DNA of 64,000 nt, taken from contig CAWJLN010000008.1 in NCBI GenBank assembly GCA_963843735.1, forward strand, positions 164,818 through 228,817, given 5' to 3'. The stretch is from an uncultured Gammaproteobacteria bacterium (GTDB lineage: Bacteria > Pseudomonadota > Gammaproteobacteria > JAKDMP01). Under the pieces are notes generated by a model. That model saw only the letters and a list, made by a program, of their open reading frames with translations, ran no database searches and was not told the DNA's origin. The translations under genes were made by a program, and so were the position numbers. Shown piece after piece: positions 32,116 to 41,064 of the stretch. How positions within the stretch are numbered: the stretch's first letter is position 1; each line of letters opens with the position of its first letter.

Positions 32116-32826
32116 CTACCGGGAAGCGTCGTGCCGGCGTTGGAACTGGCGGGCGCCGAAAAGGTTTTCGAAGCCGGAGGCGCTTTCGGTGGCCGCGGCG
32201 CGCTCTTTGGCGAGCACCTCCAGTCCGCGCTTCACGGCCGGGCGTTCGGCGATCACGGCAACCCAGCGCTTGATACGCGGGTATTCTTCGATATCAACGG
32301 CACGGTTGTGATGCGAACGCAGCCAGGGGAAGATCGCGATGTCGGCGATCGTGTATTCGTCGCCGGCGACGTACTCGTTGCGTGCGAGTTGTTCGTCGAG
32401 CACACCGTACAGGCGGTTGGCCTCCCGCGTGTAGCGCTCGATGGCGTAGCTGATGCGTTCGGGCGCAGAGCCGCGAAAATGATGCACCTGTCCGAGCATC
32501 GGCCCGATGTGGCCCATCTGGAACATCAGCCATTGCAGCACGGCGTAATGTTTGTGCGGTTCGGCAGGGAAGAATCGCTTGACCTTTTCGGCAAGGTAGA
32601 TGAGGATGGCGCCGGATTCGGCGAGCGCCAGGGGCTTGCCGCCGGGGCCGTCCTCGTCCACGATGGCCGGTATCTTGTTGTTCGGGCTGATGGCGAGAAA
32701 TTCGGGCGCGAACTGGTCGCCCGCGCCGATGTTCACGGGATGTGCCTCGTATGCGAGCCCCGTTTCTTCGAGCATGATATGCACCTTGTGCCCGTTCGGG
32801 GTGGTCCAGGAATAAACTTGGATCAT
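32116..32826 (-). CDS. glutathione S-transferase family protein (YfcG/Nu-like)
   Basis: 236 aa; thioredoxin-fold N-terminus (IQVYSWTTPNGHKVHIMLEE) and alpha-helical C-domain. Confidence 0.8.
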   Translation of the reverse strand: MIQVYSWTTPNGHKVHIMLEETGLAYEAHPVNIGAGDQFAPEFLAISPNNKIPAIVDEDGPGGKPLALAESGAILIYLAEKVKRFFPAEPHKHYAVLQWLMFQMGHIGPMLGQVHHFRGSAPERISYAIERYTREANRLYGVLDEQLARNEYVAGDEYTIADIAIFPWLRSHHNRAVDIEEYPRIKRWVAVIAERPAVKRGLEVLAKERAAATESASGFENLFGARQFQRRHDASR

Positions 32827-32888
32827 CGGCTTGTCCTCGTCGCGTGTATGGAAACCATGATAGCCAAACCGCCTTTATGGAAGAGTGA

Positions 32889-33595
32889 ATGACGACCATG
32901 CAATTTGCACAGCAGGGCTTGCAGGACAGGTCGGACGGCCCGCTGGGCGATTTGCGCTGCCGCGGTTTGCGCAGCACGGCGCTTGCGCGTCTGCCGGAAC
33001 CGTCGCGCGCGCTGGCGGCGCTCCTGCCCGAAGGCGCGGCGCTGCTCGAATCGCGCACGGCGCACCCCGGCGCAGGCTATTCCTTTGTCGCCTTTTCTCC
33101 GCTCGCGGAATTGCGCCTGCAAGCCGAAGGCTTGTTGCTGAGCAGACCGGGGCGCGCGACGGAAACGCTTGCGGGACCGCCACTGGCGCGGCTCTTCGCC
33201 TGTCTGGAAGTGGTGCGGACGATGCCGGGCGCGCCCGAAGTGCCTTTCGCTGGTGGCTGGGTCGGTTACGTTGCGCATGAGCTGGGCTGCCGGATGATGG
33301 ACACGGCGCCCGCCGCCGCAGCGCCGCCCGCGCGGCCGCCGGGGCCGCTGGCCGTGTTCCGTCTTTACCGCGACGCGCTGGTGGTGGATCATCGCGCGGG
33401 CACGGCAACCCAGTATGCGAGCGATTGGGGCGAAGGCGCGGATGCGGTCATGGCGCGCCTGCATCATGCGCGCGAACGACTCGGGGCCGACGCGCCGGAA
33501 ATGGCAACGGCGCCGAGCGTCGTAGATAAGCCGGTCGCGACGCTCGATGCCGGAGAGTTCGCCGAACGGCAGGCGGCACTGCAAAAGCTGATCCG
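32889..33595 (+). pseudogene. N-terminal fragment of a chorismate-utilising enzyme (aminodeoxychorismate/anthranilate synthase component I-like); recognisable similarity ends at about 33,595
   Basis: LPEGAALLESRTAHPGAGYSFVAFSPLAELRLQAEG matches the N-terminal region of PabB/TrpE-family enzymes; no chorismate-binding catalytic domain follows. The frame runs on into reverse-strand IS110 sequence (ORF ends 33671). Confidence 0.55.
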
Positions 33596-34500
33596 CGCCA
33601 GTTCCCGCAATCGCTTGCAGCGTTTCGGCGTTGGGAAACCGGTTGCGGTCGTCGCCAATCCACGCCAGTAGGCGCGCTGGTGTAAGTGGACCGCGTGAGC
33701 CGGGAAAACCCTTCCACCAGGCAGTCTCCGGGTGGGTCATAAACACGGCGGGGAGTTCGCGTTCAAGGCGGCTGCGGGTGTGGTGTAGTTCGCGCAGCAG
33801 CGGAATGAGGATTTGTACCTGAACGATATAACCTGAACTCACGGCAGCGCTGGGCATAGGGGCCTGCAATTGCGCATAAATCAGGTCAAGGCGATCCATG
33901 AAACGGTAATTGTTGCGCTTCAAGAACAACTTCAATTGGTGCTTTGTCAGCGTCCGCGCTTGTTCCGGGGTCGGATGGGCTTCCAAGAATGCGAGGCAGA
34001 TGAGAACTCTCCACATGAGCAAATAACCAATTCGCAGCCGGGAAGTACTGGTAGAGCAAGTAATTCAAGCGATTACCGAGCCGACGTTGGTCAACAATCG
34101 TTTTGTCCAATGCCCGTGCCAGTTCGCGCAGATGAAGGACGAGCGGACTGGAGCGCGTGAGCGGTCGGCAGTCTGGGTCTTTGAGGCGCAGCAGGTGTGC
34201 CAGCAAATACGCATCTGACGGGTCCGATTTGGAGTGGCGAGGCCGTCGGTGCGCGACCACCACGGATGGGGTGATATAGAGCGCCCACCCTTGCGCCAGC
34301 ATCCAATCGACCAGTAACCCGTCGGAGCGCTCAATGTTGAACAGAATATTGGCAGCACCGTAGTGGTTGACGAGACTCTCGAAGCGCTGAAAACCGTGGT
34401 TGGACTGCTTAATTTCCAACTGCTGGACAATGGTACCGTCGTCGTCGAGCAGACACAGGTCATGCTTTTCTGTTGCCCAGTCAATACCAAGATAGTACAT
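33596..34500 (-). mobile_element. IS110-family (DEDD) transposase/recombinase gene, truncated at its 3' end and frameshifted (N-terminal ORF 33886..34500, C-terminal part in the frame of ORF 32823..34022)
   Basis: N-terminus MYYLGIDWATEKHDLCLLDDDG (RuvC-like DEDD domain); C-terminal-domain motifs ...LLAWIGDDRNRFPNAETLQAIAGTG stop abruptly at about 33,596 where pabB-like sequence begins. Confidence 0.7.
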
Positions 34501-34519
34501 GGGAAGCTCTCCTTGCTCC

Positions 34520-34900
34520 TACAGCCAAGAATTGCTGCCACATCGCTACGCACATATGCAGGCTACGGCGCTCATGGCGCAACAAGTTTACGATACGCAT
34601 AGAGATGCCCCACATCAGCGAACAGTCGCCCATAGTTCTCGTGGAACGGCAAGCTAAGGGTTCTGCGGATGTGAGTGGCAGACAAGACAAGTATGCCTGT
34701 TGTCTCCTCTGTCCGGCACACGTAGTGAGCGGGCGCATTGCAGCCGACCTTGCAGTCGGCTGCCCGTCCGCACTGCGGACGGCGGCTAGGCTTGGGTCGC
34801 AGGGGTGACGGTGGCCGCTGTCACCAGTCTACACCCCGACCCAGCTTGGAATGAGCCTCGCTCATGACCCAAGCCTAGCCAGCGAGCTAAAACCTTGCCA
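34520..34900 (-). ncRNA. candidate structured non-coding region immediately 5' of the IS110 recombinase (bridge-RNA-like candidate)
   Basis: Cluster of perfect hairpins: gcagccgac/gtcggctgc (34740-34763), ccgtccgc/gcggacgg (34764-34782), ggtgac/gtcacc (34804-34825), and a 15-bp inverted repeat ggctaggcttgggtc (34784-34798) / gacccaagcctagcc (34866-34880); no convincing ORF. Confidence 0.35.
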
Positions 34901-35651
34901 CCTCACGCGCCGGTGGAGGCTTACAATCGCGTCCACGTGGCGCACCTGCGCCGCGATCCGGGGTGATGGCTGGGCGGTGGGCAGGAATGGTCCCGGCGAC
35001 ATGACGCACCTACTTTTCTTACCTTCTGTAAAATTTTCTCCTTTGCATAGCTGATTTTGGCTGCAAAACGATTCTCTGCTGACTCTCTTTGGGCGAATCA
35101 GTACACCTACGTCTTGTCTCATCCGAGGCACAATCTGGACGCAAATCCGGCCAGGTTTTCGATGACGCGGGGCAAATGACAGCGGGTGCTCCTTGAGAGA
35201 TGAAAGGCGGCCAGAAAACGGTTTTCTGGAAATTTTAGTGCGAGTCTTTGCGCCCGTAATTGGCGCCTCTCGTCTGGCGGCTTCTCCCAAGTCTGCCGCA
35301 CTTTCGCTCACCCTCGTACTAAAATGGATTTTTACCGCCAGTTTTTACGCTTTTTTGACGGTTCTTTTTCGCATAATGACCGCATTTTTACGGGTGTGTG
35401 GATTACACTTCTCGCGTAAGGGATGAAGCGAGCAAGGTTTGTAGACATTTGAGTATCGGTCATGCTAAAAGCGAAGATACTCGTCGTTGACGATGAGCCA
35501 GCCATTCGCAAACTGCTTCAGTACAGGCTGATGGGTTCCCTTAATTGCGCTGCTGGGCAAACTTCGTTTCATCTTGAACGAATCCGGTATCGGCAGACCA
35601 ATAGCCAATACCGGATTTGCCAAGCCGAATAAGTGAGGACGGGACAACAAT

Positions 35652-36128
35652 ATGGCTGGCGAACCGGTCATTATGGTACAGATCGCGGATCATGACTGGA
35701 CTCTGAATGCCGTTCATGCTGCTTGCCAGAAAGCCCGCCAGCGTCACTGGATGGTCGCTCTGGTCAGCCTGATTCCGGTGCAGCACACCGCCTGGCTGGG
35801 AACCGACTGGGGTTACATGAACATAAGTCCTCAAGCTGCGCGTGAGCTTGAGGACTATCAGGCGACAGTGCTGGATTATGGCTTGAACTGCGAGATCGTG
35901 CGCTACCAATATACGGACTTCACCGATGCGCTGGCGGATGCGGCAGATCATCTGAATGCCCGGATCGTCTTCGCCCATTTCCCGCATACGCTGATTCCGG
36001 GGTGGCGGCATTTCCTGCTTTGGCTGCTCAACCGGCGTTTGGCGGAACACCAGCGACAGTTGATTCAGCCACCCGTTCGCGTGCTCCACTCTGCGCCGAC
36101 GCTGGCACCCGAAATCGATCCTCTCTAA
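35652..36128 (+). CDS. hypothetical protein, weakly universal-stress-protein-like
   Basis: 158 aa; alternating hydrophobic beta-strand/helix pattern; the overlapping minus-strand ORF 35541..36089 is an alternative; low confidence. Confidence 0.3.
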   Translation: MAGEPVIMVQIADHDWTLNAVHAACQKARQRHWMVALVSLIPVQHTAWLGTDWGYMNISPQAARELEDYQATVLDYGLNCEIVRYQYTDFTDALADAADHLNARIVFAHFPHTLIPGWRHFLLWLLNRRLAEHQRQLIQPPVRVLHSAPTLAPEIDPL

Positions 36129-36232
36129 AGCGTCATCTTGACGGATTTTTGACGACTTACTCCGCCATTCTTGCAGATTTTTGACGCCTGCCTCTGCTAC
36201 AACTATCAGATCATAGGAAACGGAGACATTCG

Positions 36233-36322
36233 ATGGATGGGCTGTTCATGGGTCTGGCTGTGCTCTTTTTTGCCCTCTGCTGGGGCTTGATCGAACTGGC
36301 CGACCGGATTTCAGGAAGTTGA
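36233..36322 (+). CDS. 29-aa hydrophobic small ORF immediately upstream of kdpF (not in ORF track; below length cutoff)
   Basis: ATG 36233 with GGAAACGGAG RBS; MDGLFMGLAVLFFALCWGLIELADRISGS*; stop 36320-36322, one nt before the kdpF ATG. Confidence 0.35.
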   Translation: MDGLFMGLAVLFFALCWGLIELADRISGS

Positions 36323-36323
36323 G

Positions 36324-36416
36324 ATGAACTGGTTGTACCTCATCGCGGGTCTGGTGGCGCTGCTGCTGCTGATCTATCTGGTGGTCGCGCTGCTGAAACC
36401 GGAGTTGTTCTCATGA
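36324..36416 (+). CDS. kdpF: potassium-transporting ATPase subunit F
   Basis: MNWLYLIAGLVALLLLIYLVVALLKPELFS (single TM, KdpF-like length and C-terminal ALLKPE.F); stop overlaps kdpA ATG. Confidence 0.7.
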   Translation: MNWLYLIAGLVALLLLIYLVVALLKPELFS

Positions 36417-38166
36417 TTCCGATCCCTAACGGAATATTGCAGATCGCTTGCTACCTTGCCGTGCTGTTTCCTGCTGGTGAAGCCGCTTGGCGCGTATATG
36501 GCGAACGTCTACGCCGGGCGGTCGATAGTCAACCGGGTGTTTGCCCCGGTCGAGCGTTGGCTGTATCGTCTACTCGGCACGCGCGCCGATCTGGAGATGA
36601 ACTGGAAAACCTACGCGCTGGCGCTGCTGGTCTTCAACGCTTTGGGGCTGCTGGCGGTTTATGCCTTGCAGCGATTGCAAGGGTCGCTGCCGCTCAACCC
36701 GCTGCATCTCGGCGCGGTGTCGCCTGATTCAGCTTTCAACACGGCGGTCAGCTTTGCCAGCAACACCAACTGGCAGGGCTACGGCGGCGAAACCACCCTG
36801 AGTTACCTGACGCAGATGGCCGGACTGACGGTGCAGAACTTCGTGTCGGCGGCGACAGGAATGGCGATTTTGATCGCGCTGATTCGCGGTTTGGCGCGCC
36901 GCACGATGCAGACGATCGGCAATTTCTGGGTCGATCTGACGCGGACGATCCTCTACATCCTGCTGCCACTGGCGATCATCGGCGCGGTGTTCCTGGTGTC
37001 GCAAGGGGTGGTGCAGACTTTCGCCAGTTCCCAAACGGCGCAGTTGGTCGAGCCGGTGCGCGCTGCCAACGGCAGTACCGCCACCGAGCAGCAGATCGCG
37101 GTTGGCCCGGTGGCCTCGCAGGTCATGATCAAGCAGTTGGGCACCAACGGCGGTGGCTTCTTCAACACCAACTCGGCGCACCCTTTCGAGAACCCAACGC
37201 CGCTGTCGAATTTTGTCGAGCTGCTGGCGATCCTGCTGATCCCGGCGGCGCTGTGCTATACCTTCGGCCAAATGATCGGTGACACACGGCAGGGCTGGGC
37301 GCTGCTGGCGGCCATGACGCTGGTGTTCGTCGTGCTGCTGGGCGTGACCTATGCGGCGGAGCAAAGCGGCAATTCGCGCTTCCCGGCGACAGTCGATCAA
37401 AGCGCCAGCGCTGCCCAGTCGGGCGGCAACATGGAAGGCAAGGAAACCCGCTTCGGCATCGCCAATTCGGCGCTGTGGGCAACGGCGACGACCGCCGCGT
37501 CCAACGGTTCGGTCAATTCGATGCATGACTCGTATACGCCGCTCGGCGGCCTCGCCCCGCTGTGGCTGATCCAGCTGGGCGAGGTGATTTACGGCGGTGT
37601 CGGCTCCGGCCTGTACGGGCTGCTGATGTTCGCCATCGTGGCGGTGTTCGTCGCCGGGCTGATGGTCGGGCGCACGCCGGAATATCTGGGCAAGAAGATC
37701 GAAGCCTACGAGATGAAAATGGCGTCGATTGCCATCCTGGTGCCGCCGGTGCTGGTGCTGCTGGGGACGGCGGTCGCGGTGGTCGCGCAGCCGGGACGTT
37801 GCCTCAATCCTGAATACGCAGCCCGCCGCGCACGGCTTCAGCGAAGTGCTGTACGCCTTCTCGTCGGCGGGCAATAACAACGGCAGCGCCTTCGCCGGGC
37901 TGAACGCCAATACGCCGTTCTACAACATCGCGTTAGGGATCGCCATGCTGTTCGCCCGCTACTGGGTGGCGCTGCCGGTGCTGGCAATCGCCGGGTCGCT
38001 AGCACAGAAGAAGATCATCCCGGCCAGCGCAGGCACGCTGCCGACCCATACGCCGCTGTTCGTCATCATGCTGATCGGAATTGTGGTGGTCGTCGGCGCG
38101 CTGACGTTCTTCCCGGCGCTGGCGCTGGGGCCGATTGTCGAACATCTCATGATGGTGAGTCGCTGA
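36413..38166 (+). pseudogene. kdpA: potassium-transporting ATPase subunit A, two frameshifts (about 36,465-36,475 and about 37,795-37,805)
   Basis: N-terminus [18 protein letters not shown] in the frame of ORF 36413; the body ([13 protein letters not shown]...EMNWKTY...[27 protein letters not shown]...) in the frame of ORF 36456..37877; the C-terminal 120 aa ([34 protein letters not shown]...) in the frame of ORF 37729..38166. Confidence 0.85.
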
Positions 38167-38238
38167 CCCATATTTGGGCACGATATATCGTGCCCCTAGG
38201 GAACGCACACATCGTGTGTAGCAAGCGAAGAGGAAATC

Positions 38239-40323
38239 ATGTCCCTTGAAACTCGTGCCAGCGCGCGACCGCTGTTCGATCCCGAAATCATCGGGCGGGC
38301 GGCGGTCGATGCCCTGCGCAAACTCGATCCGCGCAACCAACTGCGCAACCCCGTGATGTTCATCGTCGAGGTGGGTGCGGCCTTCACCACGCTGCTGTTC
38401 CTGCAAGCCGTACTGACTCCCTACGGCGAATTTCCGCCGCAGCGCGCGGGCTTCATTCTGGCGATTGCCGTCTGGCTGTGGTTCACGGTGATTTTTGCCA
38501 ACTTTGCCGAGGCGATGGCCGAGGGGCGCGGCAAAGCCCAGGCCGACGCGCTGCGCAAAGCTCGGCGCGACGTAACCGCCAGGAAGCTCAGCAGCCCGTC
38601 GCGCGACGGACAGGTCATGTCGGTTTCGGCGACCACGCTGCGCAAAGATGATCTGGTGCTGGTCGAAGCGGGCGACACCATCCCCGGCGATGGCGAAGTG
38701 ATCGAGGGCGTAGCCTCGGTCGATGAGAGCGCCATTACTGGCGAAAGCGCCCCGGTGATCCGCGAGAGCGGCGGCGACCGCAGTTCGGTCACGGGCGGCA
38801 CGCGTGTATTGTCGGACTGGCTGGTGGTGCGCGTCAGCAGCAATCCCGGCGAGGCGTTCCTCGACCGCATGATCGGCATGGTCGAAGGGGCGAAGCGCCA
38901 GAAGACGCCCAACGAGATCGCGCTCAATATTCTGCTGGCGGCGCTGACCATCGTTTTTCTGCTGGCGACAGTGACGCTGCTGCCCTATTCGATTTATGCC
39001 GTGACTGCGACCGGGCAGGGCAGTGTCATCACCGTGACGGTGCTGGTGGCGCTGCTGGTCTGCCTGATCCCGACCACCATCGGCGGCTTGCTCTCGGCGA
39101 TTGGCATCGCCGGGATGGATCGCATGATCCAGGCCAACGTGATCGCGGTGTCCGGGCGCGCGGTCGAGGCGGCGGGCGATGTGGACGTGCTGCTGCTCGA
39201 CAAAACCGGGACGATCACGCTCGGCAACCGGCAGGCGACCGACTTCCTCCCTGCGCCCGGTGTACCCATCGAGCAGTTGGCCGACGCCGCGCAAATTTCC
39301 TCGCTGGCCGACGAGACACCGGAAGGCCGCAGCATCGTCGTGCTGGCGAAGGAGAAATACAACCTGCGCGGGCGCAGCCTGGAAGATGCCACGTTCATCC
39401 CCTTCACCGCGCAGACCCGCATGAGCGGCATCAATCTGGATGGGCGCTGCATCCGCAAAGGCGCGGCGGACGCGGTGAAAGCCTATGTCGAAGACCTGGG
39501 CGGGCAGTTCCCATCAGCGGTGCAGACCTGCGTCGAGGACATCGCCCGCAAAGGTGCGACGCCGCTGGTGGTGGCCGAGAATCGGCGCGTGCTGGGCGTG
39601 ATCCAACTGAAGGATATTGTCAAAGGCGGCATCAAGGAGCGCTTTGCCGAACTGCGCCAGATGGGCATCAAGACCATCATGATCACGGGCGACAATCCGC
39701 TGACCGCTGCCGCCATCGCCGCCGAAGCCGGGGTCGATGACTTTCTGGCGCAGGCCACGCCCGAAGCCAAGCTCAAACTGATCCGCGAGCATCAGGCGGG
39801 CGGGCGGCTGGTCGCCATGACGGGCGATGGGACGAACGATGCTCCGGCACTGGCGCAGGCCGACGTGGCCGTTGCCATGAACACCGGCACGCAGGCCGCC
39901 AAAGAAGCGGGCAACATGGTCGATCTCGACTCCAACCCGACCAAGCTGATCGAGATCGTCGAGATCGGCAAGCAGTTGCTCATGACGCGTGGCTCGCTGA
40001 CCACCTTCAGCATCGCCAACGACGTGTCGAAGTATTTCGCCATCATCCCGGCCGCTTTCGCGGGAACGTATCCCCAGTTGGGCGCGCTTAATATCATGGG
40101 CTTGGCGACGCCGACCAGCGCGATTATGTCGGCAGTGATCTTCAACGCGCTGATCATCATTTTCCTGATCCCGCTGGCGCTGCGCGGTGTGCCCTACCAC
40201 CCAATGAAAGCCTCAACGCTGCTGCGCAACAATTTGCTGATCTACGGCCTGGGCGGGCTGATCACGCCATTCATCGGCATCAAGTTGATCGATCTGATTC
40301 TGGTCGCTCTGCATTTAACCTGA
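38239..40323 (+). CDS. kdpB: potassium-transporting ATPase subunit B (P-type ATPase)
   Basis: 694 aa intact; DKTGT phosphorylation motif ([13 protein letters not shown]), TGDN and [19 protein letters not shown] motifs. Confidence 0.95.
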   Translation: MSLETRASARPLFDPEIIGRAAVDALRKLDPRNQLRNPVMFIVEVGAAFTTLLFLQAVLTPYGEFPPQRAGFILAIAVWLWFTVIFANFAEAMAEGRGKAQADALRKARRDVTARKLSSPSRDGQVMSVSATTLRKDDLVLVEAGDTIPGDGEVIEGVASVDESAITGESAPVIRESGGDRSSVTGGTRVLSDWLVVRVSSNPGEAFLDRMIGMVEGAKRQKTPNEIALNILLAALTIVFLLATVTLLPYSIYAVTATGQGSVITVTVLVALLVCLIPTTIGGLLSAIGIAGMDRMIQANVIAVSGRAVEAAGDVDVLLLDKTGTITLGNRQATDFLPAPGVPIEQLADAAQISSLADETPEGRSIVVLAKEKYNLRGRSLEDATFIPFTAQTRMSGINLDGRCIRKGAADAVKAYVEDLGGQFPSAVQTCVEDIARKGATPLVVAENRRVLGVIQLKDIVKGGIKERFAELRQMGIKTIMITGDNPLTAAAIAAEAGVDDFLAQATPEAKLKLIREHQAGGRLVAMTGDGTNDAPALAQADVAVAMNTGTQAAKEAGNMVDLDSNPTKLIEIVEIGKQLLMTRGSLTTFSIANDVSKYFAIIPAAFAGTYPQLGALNIMGLATPTSAIMSAVIFNALIIIFLIPLALRGVPYHPMKASTLLRNNLLIYGLGGLITPFIGIKLIDLILVALHLT

Positions 40324-40381
40324 GTCATGACCGTAGAAGCGATTTGCCAGGTCGCCCCTACAAAACAGAAAGCAACATATC

Positions 40382-41033
40382 ATGAATACCCGCATGAACA
40401 TCGATTGGCAGCAGGTCGTCCGCCCGGCGGCGGTCGCCCTGATCATCTTCACCCTCTTGACCGGGCTGCTGTATCCCGCGCTGATTACCGGGATCGCGCA
40501 GAAGGTGTTTCCGCATCAAGCCAACGGCAGCCTGATCACCGACGCCACCGGCAAGGTCGATCGGTTCGGAACTAATCGGCCAACAGTTCACTAACCCGGC
40601 TTATTTCTGGGGACGGCTGTCGGTGACTGCGCCCGTGCCCTATAATGCAGCGGCTTCGGCGGGATCGAACCTTGGCCCGCTCAATCCGGCGCTAATTGGC
40701 GCAAACGGCACAATTCAGCAGCGGATCGACACGCTGAAAGCGGCGGATCAGGCGGCGGGCGTGACCAATCCGCTGCCGATCCCGGTCGATCTGGTGACAG
40801 CTTCGGCCAGCGGGCTTGATTCGCAGATCAGTCCAGCGGCGGCGCACTATCAGGTGGCGCGGGTGGCGGCTTTGCGCGGCGTGAGCCAAGCAACCATTCA
40901 GGCGTTGGTAGACGAATTCACCGAAGGGCGCTGGTTAGGGCTGCTGGGCGAGCCGCGCGTCAATGTGCTGGAACTGAATCTGGCACTCGATCAGCGCTAC
41001 CCCCTGGCAGCAAAGTCGGCGGATAATCAATAG
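40382..41033 (+). pseudogene. kdpC: potassium-transporting ATPase subunit C, frameshift near 40,557-40,565
   Basis: N-terminal TM and [14 protein letters not shown] in the frame of ORF 40382..40594; the rest ([28 protein letters not shown]...[20 protein letters not shown]...VLELNLALD) in the frame of ORF 40623..41033. Confidence 0.8.
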
Positions 41034-41064
41034 TAGGAGTTGATAGTTATCAACCCCTGAAGGA

